From NCBI GenBank assembly GCA_002269645.1, contig NIVC01004941.1, positions 1 to 30,662 on the forward strand: a DNA stretch of 30,662 nucleotides. The letters are read 5' to 3'. Positions 11,154 through 21,612 of this stretch are shown one piece after another; position 1 is the stretch's first letter; every line of letters begins with the position of its first letter. This DNA comes from Macrostomum lignano. Taxonomy: Eukaryota. The notes under the pieces were generated by a model. The model saw nothing but the letters and a program-made list of their open reading frames with translations. It ran no database searches and had not been told where the DNA came from. Made by a program: the position numbers and the translations under genes.

Positions 11154-14100
11154 CCGCTATCGCTTCCGTCGCTGCCATCCCGGCTCAAATCGCTAACTGA
11201 GCTGCTGCCGCTCTGAAGCAGCAGCCTCCGACGCCGCCTGCTCTGGCCGTCGGCTTCAGCGGCGATGGCTTGGCGCGCCCGACGGGCGCTGGACGTTGCA
11301 GTTGACGAGCTTTCAGACACTTTCCTGCGGTGCTTGGAGTCCCTGATTCGGCTGCGCTCCCGACTTCGGTTCCGACTTCGATCCCGACTTCGGTTTCGAC
11401 TTCGATCCCCACTTCGGTTGCGACTTCGATCCCGACTTCGATCCCGACTTCGATCTCGACTTCGGTTGCGACTTCGATCCCGACTTCGGTTGCGACTTCG
11501 ATCCTGACTTCGGTTGCGACTTCGATCCCGACTTCGGTTGCGACTTCGATCCTGACTTCGGTTGCGACTTCGATCCCGACTTCGGTTTCGACTTCGATCC
11601 CGACTTCGGTTCCGACTTCGGTTCCGACTTCGGTTTCGACTTCGATCCCGACTTCGGTTCCGACTTCGATCTCGACTTCGGTTCCGACTTCGATCTCGAC
11701 TTCGGTTCCGACTTCGATCTCGACTTCGGTTCCGACTTCGATCCCGACTTCGGTTGCGACTTCGATCCCGGTCCCGATCTAGACTTCGATTTTGAGTTCT
11801 ATCACGATCCTGACTTCGGTCACGTTCACGGTCCCGACTTCGATCACGTTCACGGTCCCGACTCCGATCACGATCACGTTCACGGTCCCGACTCCGATCA
11901 CGATCACGTTCACGGTCCCGACTCCGATCACGATCACGTTCACGGTCCCGACTTCGATCACGATCACGGTTCCGACTAGTGTTTAGAATAACGTCCTGAC
12001 TTCGATTATGACCATGATCAGGACTGTGATCCGGACTTTGATCATGGTTTAAGCCCCGACCTTGATTCTCTGCTCGAATAGCTAATCGATCGTGGCTTTC
12101 ATCACCTTGACAGTTTTCTTTAGATTCTTTGACATCTTGGCGGTCGACACTATTAACTTTGTCTTGATCTTCGATGTCATGACAAGTTTCAACAAACTGT
12201 TTATGGTTGATGTCTTGAGGTCCTGCTTCGTTGCCGCTGTACATAGCAATCTGTTCCAGATTCGTTGCATCGTAATTATCCATTCGATCCTCCGCTTCGT
12301 TCGGCTCAAGCTTCACCTCTCGGCGCGTACTTTGATCTTTAACTTGTTCCCGGTTTTTCTGTAGACATTCTGGCCACTCCTTTTCACTTTGGGTGTCATT
12401 CGGCTTGATTTTCTTGTCTTCGTGTTCACAACTTCGAGTATAGACATGCTCACTGTTTCTAGACCTTTGTTCATCATGATTCTGGCTTTCAACGTTCACT
12501 TGCTCAGTTTCTTTCTTTTTTCGTTCAGTTTGATCTTTGCTTTGATTGTCTACATTATCGCTGCTCTTGTCTTTGCGATCGCGACTATGGGTGTCCACCT
12601 TGTCGCTGCTCTTGTCTTTGCGATCGCGACTTTTGGTTTCCACCTTATCGCTATTCTTGTCTTTGCGATCGCGACTTTTAGTGTCTACCTTATCGCTGCT
12701 CTTGTCTTTGCGATCGTGACTTCGGGTGTCCCCTTTATCGCCGCTCTTGTCTTTGCGATCGCGAATTTGGGTGTCGACCTTATCGCTATTCTTGTCTTTG
12801 CGATCGCGACTTTGGGTGTCCACCTTATCGCTATTCTTGTCTTTGCGATCGCGACTTTGGGTGTCCACCTTATCGCTATTCTTGTCTTTGCGATCGTGAC
12901 TTCGGGTGTCCCCTTTATCGCCGCTCTTGTCTTTGCGATCGCGAATTTGGGTGTCGACCTTATCGCTATTCTTGTCTTTGCGATCGCGACTTTGGGTGTC
13001 CACCTTATCGCTATTCTTGTCTTTTCGATCGTGACTTCGGGTGTCCCCTTTATCGCCGCTCTTGTCTTTGCGATCGCGAATTTGGGTGTCGACCTTATCG
13101 CTATTCTTGTCTTTGCGATCGTGACTTCGGGTGTCCCCTTTATCGCCGCTTTTGTCTTTGCGATCGCGACTATGGGTGTCCACCTTGTGGCTGCTCTTGT
13201 CTTTGCGATCGCGACTTTCGATTTCCATTCTTCCACCTTTGTTATCCTTGTGTTTAGCAAGATCAAACTCGAGGTCCTCCTGGTCATTGCCTTTCTCTTT
13301 GTGCTTACTATGAGAGTCCTTTTGTTTACTGATTTTATCACTGTGCTTACCGCGATCATCACTTTGACTGTCCACTTTGTCACTGCTCTTGTCTGCGCGT
13401 TCATCTTGTTCACGACTTCTAGACTCGACTTTTCTACTGTTCTTATCTTTGCTTTGATCTTTATCGCTACGTTGGCTGTCTACCTGTTTACTGTTCGTAC
13501 ATTTGAGCTCAACTAGATTGAGAGTTTCAGAACTTATTTCTTCGACACAGTCTTCGGATGAAATTGCAACTGTACCTGACAGCTGGTGGCTATTAAGCGT
13601 CTCAGGTTCAGGTTGGCTAACGCTTTTAACAGGAATTGCATCGAGTTGACTGCTTCTAGGCAGTTCATCAGCTTGCAGCTGGTTTTTACTATTTGGCTCA
13701 GTGGCTTGCAAATGCTGCAAGTCATCGGCACAGTTCTGAGCGTTGAGCGACTCCCATTCTGGATCAACCAGCATCAACTCATCCTGAGGCGGCTCCAGCT
13801 CATCTTCATCGCTATCGCTGCTATCTTCGTCCTCTACAACTGATTGATCTTTTTCAACGCGCCGTTTGCGATCCTTTTTCTCGTCGCTTTTAGATCGCTT
13901 CGCTTTCTTGGCGGATTTCTTGTGACTTGACTTTTTCTTTTTCTTCTTTTTTTCCGAAGGCGACGGGTGTTCGACTTTGGAATTTTTCGACTTTTTAATA
14001 TCGCCGCTACCGCTTAAGCCGCCGCCGTCAGTTCTGCGCCGCTTCTCCCGCGGCCTTGATCTGTCGTCGTCAGCGTCTAGAGTACGACGCGGCGCCGTTG

Positions 14101-14290
14101 GCGACAAGGATCGATCCTTACCAGTTGATTTCTTTGCTTTCAAATCGTCTTTAACTTTTGTCTGACGCTCTTCATGACGCTGGTGATGGTGGCGATGATG
14201 AGATGACGATCGTGGATTGGTGGGTGACGACGAATGGCCGATGCGCGATTCGCGACGCGAAGACTTGTCTTTGTCCGGCTTGCCCGACAT
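11154..14290 (-). CDS. Exon 1 (1045 codons + 2 nt) of a ~1265-aa Arg/Ser/Asp/Lys-rich, probably nuclear, SR-related protein
   Basis: 3.1-kb open frame from ATG (MSGKPDK), with an in-frame TGA just upstream. It contains a poly-K NLS-like run ([13 protein letters not shown]), an acidic patch, 15-aa repeats and a long (RDRS/RNRS)n domain. Non-repetitive parts are also open. Confidence 0.85.
11359..11975 (-). repeat. Coding repeats: 12/24-bp units encoding (RDRSRNRS)n and 30-bp units encoding ([10 protein letters not shown])n
   Basis: acttcggttccgacttcgatcccg-type units on +, translating as an RS/RD domain. Confidence 0.9.
12555..13215 (-). repeat. Coding minisatellite, ~15 x 45 bp encoding DRKDK(N/S)SDKVDTQSR-type 15-mers
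   Basis: 45-bp period (12802 -> 12847) with alternating variant blocks. Confidence 0.92.
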
Positions 14291-14541
14291 GAATAATCAT
14301 GAATAAAAAACTAATAAATGCGAGCATACAGATACGTCACGTTGGTTGGTAGCGCTTGGACCAAATTATGCACTAAAGCAGGGTCGGAAAACTCCGGCCC
14401 GCGAGCCTCTCTATCCTTTGAAACTTCACAATAGCAAACTACTCGATGTTTGTGTCTCTTCTCAATTCCCTTGTCTCCTATCCATTCTCTATTCTCCTTT
14501 CTCCCCTCCCCCGGCCCGCAGCCATGCACTGGGTTGTCTAT

Positions 14542-14577
14542 CTGGCATTAAAATAAAACGAAAACAAAACAAAAGAG
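14542..14577 (-). promoter_or_regulatory. Strong 3' splice acceptor (cis or trans) ~250 nt upstream of the RS-rich gene ATG
   Basis: The minus strand reads ctcttttgttttgttttcgttttattttaatgccAG|atagac. No upstream coding exon is needed because the ATG is preceded by an in-frame stop. Confidence 0.5.
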
Positions 14578-14653
14578 CCAGTGTTTTTTAACACACAAGT
14601 TTTATGATCCGAATATTCTAATTAGCGAGTATATTTCATATTTAATCCATGCT

Positions 14654-14660
<7 letters not shown>

Positions 14661-14711
<51 letters not shown>
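14661..14711. repeat. (AT)25 microsatellite
   Basis: Direct reading. Confidence 0.98.
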
Positions 14712-14713
<2 letters not shown>

Positions 14714-15136
14714 TTTATGTAACAGGGCATATTGTGAATCAATCGTGACAACAAACAGACCTAACCGTATTTCAGTAAAGATAGTCAGTAGTATGCAACA
14801 AGACAGATGCCGCATGATCTATTATGCACTTATTTAAATGATTAAACATATCAAAAACAGTAGGTAGACTTGAATAAGAACATATAGGAGAGAAATTCAC
14901 AATCAAAATGCCACATTCACGTATACTGAAGCGTAAAAAGTGAATTATTCTGCAGCATGTCAATTTTTTATTGAAAAAAAGAGAAAGTTTCTTCGATAAT
15001 AGTAAAACTGCATTTATTATGACAGCTTTGAGACACATAATGAAGATTCTCATACAAAAAACACGCTAATGAGTTTATTAAAAGTTTTGTCATAGTTTTT
15101 TCATACTGCGCTGATGGTAACTTTTAAAAGTTGCGT

Positions 15137-16619
15137 ACATCCTTGAGGGCGGGTGATGTACAGACAAGCGTAGCTTACATCCTTGAGGGCGGGTGAGGTG
15201 CAGACAAGCGTAGCTTACATCCTTGAGGGCGGGTGAGGTACAGACAAGCGTAGCTTACATGCTTGAGGGCGGGTGAGGTACAGACAAGCGTAGCTTACAT
15301 GCTTGAGGGCGGGTGAGGTGCAGACAAGCGTAGCTTACATCCTTGAGGGCGGGTGAGGTGCAGACAAGCGTAGCTTACATCCTTGAGGGCGGGTGAGGTA
15401 CAGACAAGCGTAGCTTACATGCTTGAGGGCGGGTGAGGTGCAGACAAGCGTAGCTTACATGCTTGAGGGCGGGTGAGGTGCAGACAAGCGTAGCTTACAT
15501 CCTTGAGGGCGGGTGAGGTGCAGACAAGCGTAGCTTACATCCTTGAGGGCGGGTGAGGTACAGACAAGCGTAGCTTACATGCTTGAGGGCGGGTGAGGTG
15601 CAGACAAGCGTAGCTTACATCCTTGAGGGCGGGTGAGGTGCAGACAAGCGTAGCTTACATCCTTGAGGGCGGGTGAGGTACAGACAAGCGTAGCTTACAT
15701 CCTTGAGGGCGGGTGAGGTGCAGACAAGCGTAGCTTACATCCTTGAGGGCGGGTGAGGTACAGACAAGCGTAGCTTACATCCTTGAGGGCGGGTGAGGTG
15801 CAGACAGGCGTAGCTTACATCCTTGAGGGCGGGTGAGGTACAGACAAGCGTAGCTTACATGCTTGAGGGCGGGTGAGGTGCAGACAAGCGTAGCTTACAT
15901 CCTTGAGGGCGGGTGAGGTACAGACAAGCGTAGCTTACATCCTTGAGGGCGGGCGAGGTACAGACAAGCGTAGCTTACATGCTTGAGGGCGGGTGAGGTG
16001 CAGACAAGCGTAGCTTACATCCTTGAGGGCGGGTGAGGTGCAGACAAGCGTAGCTTACATCCTTGAGGGCGGGTGAGGTGCAGACAAGCGTAGCTTACAT
16101 CCTTGAGGGCGGGTGAGGTACAGACAAGCGTAGCTTACATCCTTGAGGGCGGGTGAGGTGCAGACAAGCGTAGCTTACATCCTTGAGGGCGGGTGAGGTA
16201 CAGACAAGCGTAGCTTACATCCTTGAGGGCGGGCGAGGTACAGACAAGCGTAGCTTACATCCTTGAGGGCGGGTGAGGTACAGACAAGCGTAGCTTACAT
16301 GCTTGAGGGCGGGTGAGGTACAGACAAGCGTAGCTTACATGCTTGAGGGCGGGCGAGGTACAGACAAGCGTAGCTTACATCCTTGAGGGCGGGCGAGGTA
16401 CAGACAAGCGTAGCTTACATCCTTGAGGGCAGGTGAGGTACAGACAAGCGTAGCTTACATCCTTGAGGGCGGGTGAGGTACAGACAAGCGTAGCTTACAT
16501 CCTTGAGGGCGGGCGAGGTACAGACAAGCGTAGCTTACATCCTTGAGGGCGGGCGAGGTACAGACTTGAGGGTACAGACGTAGGGTAAGGTACAGACGTA
16601 GCTTACATCCTTGAGGGCA
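15137..16619. repeat. Minisatellite, ~36 x 40 bp (CAGACAAGCGTAGCTTACATCCTTGAGGGCGGGTGAGGTA) with a broken right edge
   Basis: 40-bp period with recurring variants C/G, A/G and T/C. Fragmented copies lie at 16566-16619. Confidence 0.98.
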
Positions 16620-16759
16620 TTCCTTATTTTAATAGTTCTATTGCTAGTTATAAATAGACAAAGCATACTGAAAAATACACTTTGCATTAGTGATCGCATA
16701 TATCTTTTATGATAATCAGCTTCAGTAAGATGTGCATTAATCTAGTCCAACAATTTGTT

Positions 16760-17308
16760 TTAAACTGCTTTCTTATATTCGATTCGTTCAACTGACACAT
16801 CGTCCAACAGCTTGTAGACGTAACAGACCACGGTGGCAGCCTGAATGTCTAGCAGGGCAAAGGACGGCACAGACTCACACTGGGTAGGCGAGAAAGCACC
16901 TGTAGCGCTGCCGGGATTCAAAAAGAATCTGCCATCCTTTTCGAACGCCTCAAACCGGTGCGTATGACCGCTAATAACAATATCAGCGCCTAGTTGGCGT
17001 TGTAGAGCGCTCAATGGGGCCGCGTCGCCCCACGGGATCAGCTGGTGACCGTGGGTGACGCCGATTTTAAACTGGCCAACTGTCACAACTTTAGTATCGG
17101 GCCATTGGGCATTGTCGTCGAATTCGCCGCGGACAATGTGCACATCGGTGGCTAGAGATTTCAAATAGTCGTACATATCCCGGCTAGACAGATTGCCGGT
17201 GCATAGAATGTGCTGAATTTTGCCGGGCACCAATAGCTTTTTAAATTTGGCTGGCAAAGCCTGCGCTCTGTAGGGCACATGGAAATCGCCGATAACTAAT
17301 ACCAGCAT
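16760..17308 (-). CDS. VPS29: Vacuolar protein sorting 29 (retromer subunit, metallophosphoesterase fold), 182 aa, intronless CDS
   Basis: [12 protein letters not shown]...[23 protein letters not shown]...VRGEFD...HGHQ.IPWGD...[24 protein letters not shown]...PSF.L.DIQ...VV.YVY.L...V.VERIEYKK. The true ATG is at 17308 (track start is TTG), and the length equals the canonical 182 aa. Confidence 0.97.
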   Translation of the reverse strand: MLVLVIGDFHVPYRAQALPAKFKKLLVPGKIQHILCTGNLSSRDMYDYLKSLATDVHIVRGEFDDNAQWPDTKVVTVGQFKIGVTHGHQLIPWGDAAPLSALQRQLGADIVISGHTHRFEAFEKDGRFFLNPGSATGAFSPTQCESVPSFALLDIQAATVVCYVYKLLDDVSVERIEYKKAV

Positions 17309-17403
17309 TGCGACGGCGGCTGTACTGACTGGGCAGGTGCGATCCAAACAAACTAAACAAGAATTTTCCCGTAAATTTGCTGCTTTTTGGATAGCACTGA
17401 AAC

Positions 17404-17420
17404 CTGCAATTCACAAGCAA
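17404..17420 (-). promoter_or_regulatory. Candidate 3' splice acceptor ~95 nt upstream of the VPS29 ATG
   Basis: The minus strand reads atttgcttgtgaattgcAG|gtttcag, with AATAAA ~70 nt further upstream (17472-17477). Confidence 0.4.
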
Positions 17421-17498
17421 ATATCTTTAAAACACGACGTTTTACGATTGTTTTTTAGAAATAAAAACCAATTTATTTTGCTTTAATATCAATCAAAG

Positions 17499-18299
17499 AT
17501 GGAAGATGGTGAACGGATGGATAAATATGGTGATCGCATAGATGGAGATGGTGAACGGAAAGATGGAGATGGTGAACGGAAAGATGGAGATGGTGAACGG
17601 AAAGATGGAGATGGTGAACGGAAAGATGGAGATGGTGAACGGAAAGATGGAGATGGTGAACGGATAGATGGAGATGGTGAACGGATAGATGGAGATGGTG
17701 AACGGAAAGATGGAGATGGTGAACGGAAAGATGGAGATGGTGAACTGAAAGATGGAGATGGTGAACGGAAAGATGGGGATGGTGAACGGATAGATGGAGA
17801 TGGTGAACGGAAAGATGGAGATGGTGAACGGAAAGATGGAGATGGTGAACGGAAAGATGGAGATGGTGAACGGAAAGATGGAGATGGTGAACGGATAGAT
17901 GGAGATGGTGAACGGAAAGATGGAGATGGTGAACGGAAAGATGGAGATGGTGAACGGAAAGATGGAGATGGTGAACGGAAAGATGGAGATGGTGAACGGA
18001 TAGATGGAGATGGTGAACGGAAAGATGGAGATGGTGAACGGAAAGATGGAGATGGTGAACTGAAAGATGGAGATGGTGAACGGAAAGATGGAGATGGTGA
18101 ACGGATAGATGGAGATGGTGAACGGAAAGATGGAGATGGTGAACGGATAGATGGAGATGGTGAACGGAAAGATGGAGATGGTGAACGGAAAGATGGAGAT
18201 GGTGAACGGATAGATGGAGATGGTGAACGGATAGATGGAGATGGTGAACGGATAGATGGAGATGGTGAACGGATAGATGGAGATGGTGAACGGATAGAT
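17499..18299. repeat. Minisatellite, ~38 x 21 bp (GATGGAGATGGTGAACGGA[A/T]A)
   Basis: 21-bp period. Three frames stay open: (ERKDGDG)n on +, (FRSPSPS)n and (PFTISIF)n on -. Confidence 0.97.
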
Positions 18300-19084
18300 G
18301 AAGTGAAAAGTCGACCCATTAACAGAGATAAAAACAAGCGAGCACACAGAGTACAGTATAGGCCCATCCAAAACTACCACCATTAGGCAGCATCACCCCA
18401 CAGTGACTATGTATATAATATCTATAGAAAATTCAACTAAAAGCAAAACTTTCCAGAATCGGGGGCACTCCGGCCCTCCGCTAGATTCCCCAAAAGAGAG
18501 CGCCCGCGCACAAGCACACAATCACAACGACCCTTTCGTCAATGCGATCAATAAAATTTGATACCAAACTGCCAGCAGATTAAGCGATTTGGGGAAGGGA
18601 AAACGGAAGAGAGAGAAGGCGGGAAAAGGGAAAACCATGAGCAAAAATCGAGGACGAAAAAGTTTTTCTCCCCAAAACTCCAACGGGTTGCTGGGAGAAA
18701 CTTAGCTAGCTACTAAGTAAAAATAAAGCACAGTGGGTGGCCGGGCAGATGGGGACAACAGACGCAATTCGCAGCATATAGCCGCCGGGACAATTAGAGG
18801 TCAAAGAGCAAAGCCTCCAATTCCAAGTTCCAGACCAGACAGCTGTTCCCTGGGCTGTGGATACCCCAAAAAGCAAGCAGACGACCGCACCCGCATGCAG
18901 ATAAGATCGAGAGGCAAAAAAATCGAAAAAAGAGAGAAAATCAGATTGGTTCGAAGCGTCGGGTTCTGCATACCAATTGGCAACACGGCTCTAACCTCGA
19001 ATAAGCTATGAGCTCAATTCCAAGCTGTCTGCCCTCCTCCCAAAAATGCTAGAAGAAAAATTTCTATACTTTTCTATCTACAGT

Positions 19085-19740
19085 AGATGAAGGGATACTG
19101 TGCGATGAAGGGAGACTCTGAAATGAAGGGATTGTGAAATGAAGCGAAAGATTAAAGGATATTGCAAAATAAAGGGAAAGAGATGAAGGATATTCTAAAA
19201 TGGAGGAAGAGATGAGAGATTCTAAAATGAAGGGAGAGATGAAAGAAGACTCTGAAATCGAGAGATAAAGGGAGATTCTGAACTGAAGGGAAATGAAGGG
19301 AGATTCTGAACTGAAGGGAGAGATGAAGGGGATTCGTAATGAGGGGAGAGATGATGGGAGATTCTAAACTGAAGGGAGACTCAGAAATGAAGGGAGAGAT
19401 GAAGGGAGATTCTGAACTGAAGGGAGAGATGAAGGGAGATTCTGAACTGAAGGGAGAGATGAAGGGAGATTCAGAAATGGAGAGATGATCAGATTCTGTA
19501 ATGAAGGTAGAGATGAAGGGAGCTTCTGAAATGAAGGGAGAGATGAAGGAGATTTTGTAATGAGGGGATAGATGATGGGAGACTCAGAAATGAAGGGAGA
19601 GATGAAGGGAGATTCAGAAATGGAGAGATGACCAGATTCTGTAATGAAGGAAGAGATGAAGGGAGCTTCTGAAATGAAGGGAGAGATGAAGGCAGATTCT
19701 GAAATGGAGAGATAAAGGGAATTTTTGCAATGACGGGAGA
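19085..19740. repeat. Degenerate purine-rich tandem repeat built from GAAATGAAGGGAGAGATGAAGGGAGATTCT-like (~30 bp) units
   Basis: Recurring gatgaaggga and gattctgaa blocks with many variants, which suggests an older array. Confidence 0.85.
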
Positions 19741-20654
19741 GAAAAAGAGAGATTATGTAATGATGGGAGACAAAGGGAATTATGAATCGAATGGAGATGA
19801 AAGGATGATGGGAAGATAAAAACTTAGGAACATAACTAAAGACAAACAAAAGAAATGAATAACCAAAAGGCCTTATTTACTCTTTTTATAAAAAATGTTA
19901 TTGATAAAATCTTAAGAAAACAAAATATTCAAAATTTCTGCAACAAAACCACGACTGACGATATAAAATTTGAAACAAACTCTTTCGTGTACACATCAGC
20001 AGTATCGGCAGGGGGGGGGGTTAGTGCGCAAGGAAAGAAAACAAAGGAAAGAATCGGTGACAACTAAATTAATTATTCAAATTGGCACAGATACGCAGAC
20101 AGAAAAATATAAAATCTACTCTAATAATAGCAACAACCAAAATGTTTACAAGCGACAACTATAAAGAAATCAGCATCGGATTGTCTCCACAAGATCACGG
20201 ACGCTGAAACAACCTTAGTTGTTGAATTCTACAACTTTCAACGCATAAAAACATTGGTGCGTTAGGCGAGAAATTAAAAACTAAAATTAGCAGAGAAGCA
20301 GACGGATTACTGAGCGAATGATACTACTGTCCAGTAAGTAGATAGGTAGCAAAACAAACAAAAAATCACAAGCTTGAAAGATACAGAACGTTAGAAAAGA
20401 AACTACTTATGTGCGCAAAAGTAAGTAGTTAACAAGCGCGTTAACAGGAAAAATATATGATTCGCGTTACAAAAAAGTCAGCCTTCATCATACTACTTAT
20501 AGCTTCGAATTGAGTAGAAAGTAAGACAAATTACTTCTTAAATTGTTTTTCAAAAATTCTGCCCTTATTTATACTACTCGTTGCTGCAACTAAGTAGCAA
20601 GTAGCACATTTTTTGTCAGATTCTTTTGAGTTTTAAATCTGATTCATTTAGCTT

Positions 20655-21113
20655 TCAAACAATTTCCACCTGGCTATGAAACGAAGCTTTCGGCCGCATA
20701 CGCCGTTGACTGCGCTGCCTGACCGGACTGTCAATCTGGGCTAGGCGCATCCCACGCCAAGCTGGCCAATTAGCGGCAGCGGCTCCGACATTAGCGGGAG
20801 TCGGGGCCAGCGGCAAAGCCGGCAGTCTGGCCCGATTAGCAATGGTTTCAGCGTCCCGAATAGGGTATGACTCGCCCGTGCTGCAGCGCAGCAGAAGCTG
20901 CTGCTCGGCCGCTGTAGACGAACTAGGCGCCAGAGGACCCGGAGCCGAGACAGACGGACGAGAGCGCGGAACCGGACAGTGTCCGGAGGGACTGTACGTG
21001 TCCATCGGGTGAAAACCGCGACGGTTGATAGTCTCCAGGTATTCGGTGTGCATTCGGGCGCGTTCCAGGCTCCACTGGGCGCCCTCTGCGTGTACAAGAG
21101 ACTCAATGCGGTC
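20655..21113 (-). CDS. FAM228B: FAM228-family protein, exon 2
   Basis: The acceptor ctcccctcattcaaAG|GAC is in frame with exon 1. DRIESLV...EYLETINRRG...DTYSP...LLLRCSTGESYPIRD...W..MRLAQIDSPVRQRSQRRMR resembles, from memory, FAM228B (FLKHVNKKG..YDP; LLQCETGKIYSIKE; WLKLPTRYIESE). A possible further donor CAG|GTGGAA lies near 20668. Confidence 0.65.
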   Translation of the reverse strand, partial: DRIESLVHAEGAQWSLERARMHTEYLETINRRGFHPMDTYSPSGHCPVPRSRPSVSAPGPLAPSSSTAAEQQLLLRCSTGESYPIRDAETIANRARLPALPLAPTPANVGAAAANWPAWRGMRLAQIDSPVRQRSQRRMRPKASFHSQVEIV

Positions 21114-21170
21114 CTTTGAATGAGGGGAGATTTACTAGGTTTAGGGATAGCTGGGAGGGATAACAGTCTC

Positions 21171-21600
21171 AGGGGAGAATGGGAACACACAGACTGGGGG
21201 GAGAATGGGAACACACAGACTGAGGGAGAATGGGAACACACAGACTGAGGGGAGAGTGGGAACACAGACTGGGGGGGGTGAATGAGAACACAGACTGGGG
21301 GGAAAATGGGAACACAGACTGAGGGAGAATGGGAACACAGACTGGGGGGAGAATAGGAACACAGACTGAGGGAGAATGGGAACACACAGATTGAGGGGAG
21401 AATGGGAACACAGACTGGGGGGTGAATGGGAACACAGACTGGGGGGGGGGAGAATGGGAACACAGACTGGGGGGAAAATGGGAACACAGACTGAGGGAGA
21501 ATGGGAACACAGACTGGGGGGAGAATGGGAACACAGACTGAGGGAGAATGGGAACACACAGATTGAGGGGAGAATGTGAACACAGACTGAGGGGAGAATA
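21171..21600. repeat. Intronic minisatellite, ~18 x 23-25 bp (GGGAGAATGGGAACAC(AC)AGACTG[A/G])
   Basis: It fills most of the inferred intron 21114-21612 and generates spurious Cys/Pro/Ser ORFs. Confidence 0.92.
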
Positions 21601-21612
21601 ACAGAGTCACAC

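Noticed and set aside
10352-11216. (ERVRLEF)n ORFs
   Set aside because: They lie antisense within the inferred intron array.
11265-13843. Plus-strand hydrophobic 375-aa 'membrane protein' and (TSVP)n/(RLRS)n ORFs
   Set aside because: These are antisense or alternative-frame shadows of the repetitive coding exon; charged codons read as hydrophobic on the opposite strand.
5685-16619. 33-41-bp repeats as possible CRISPR arrays
   Set aside because: The units are directly adjacent with no unique spacers, there are no cas genes, and the context is eukaryotic.
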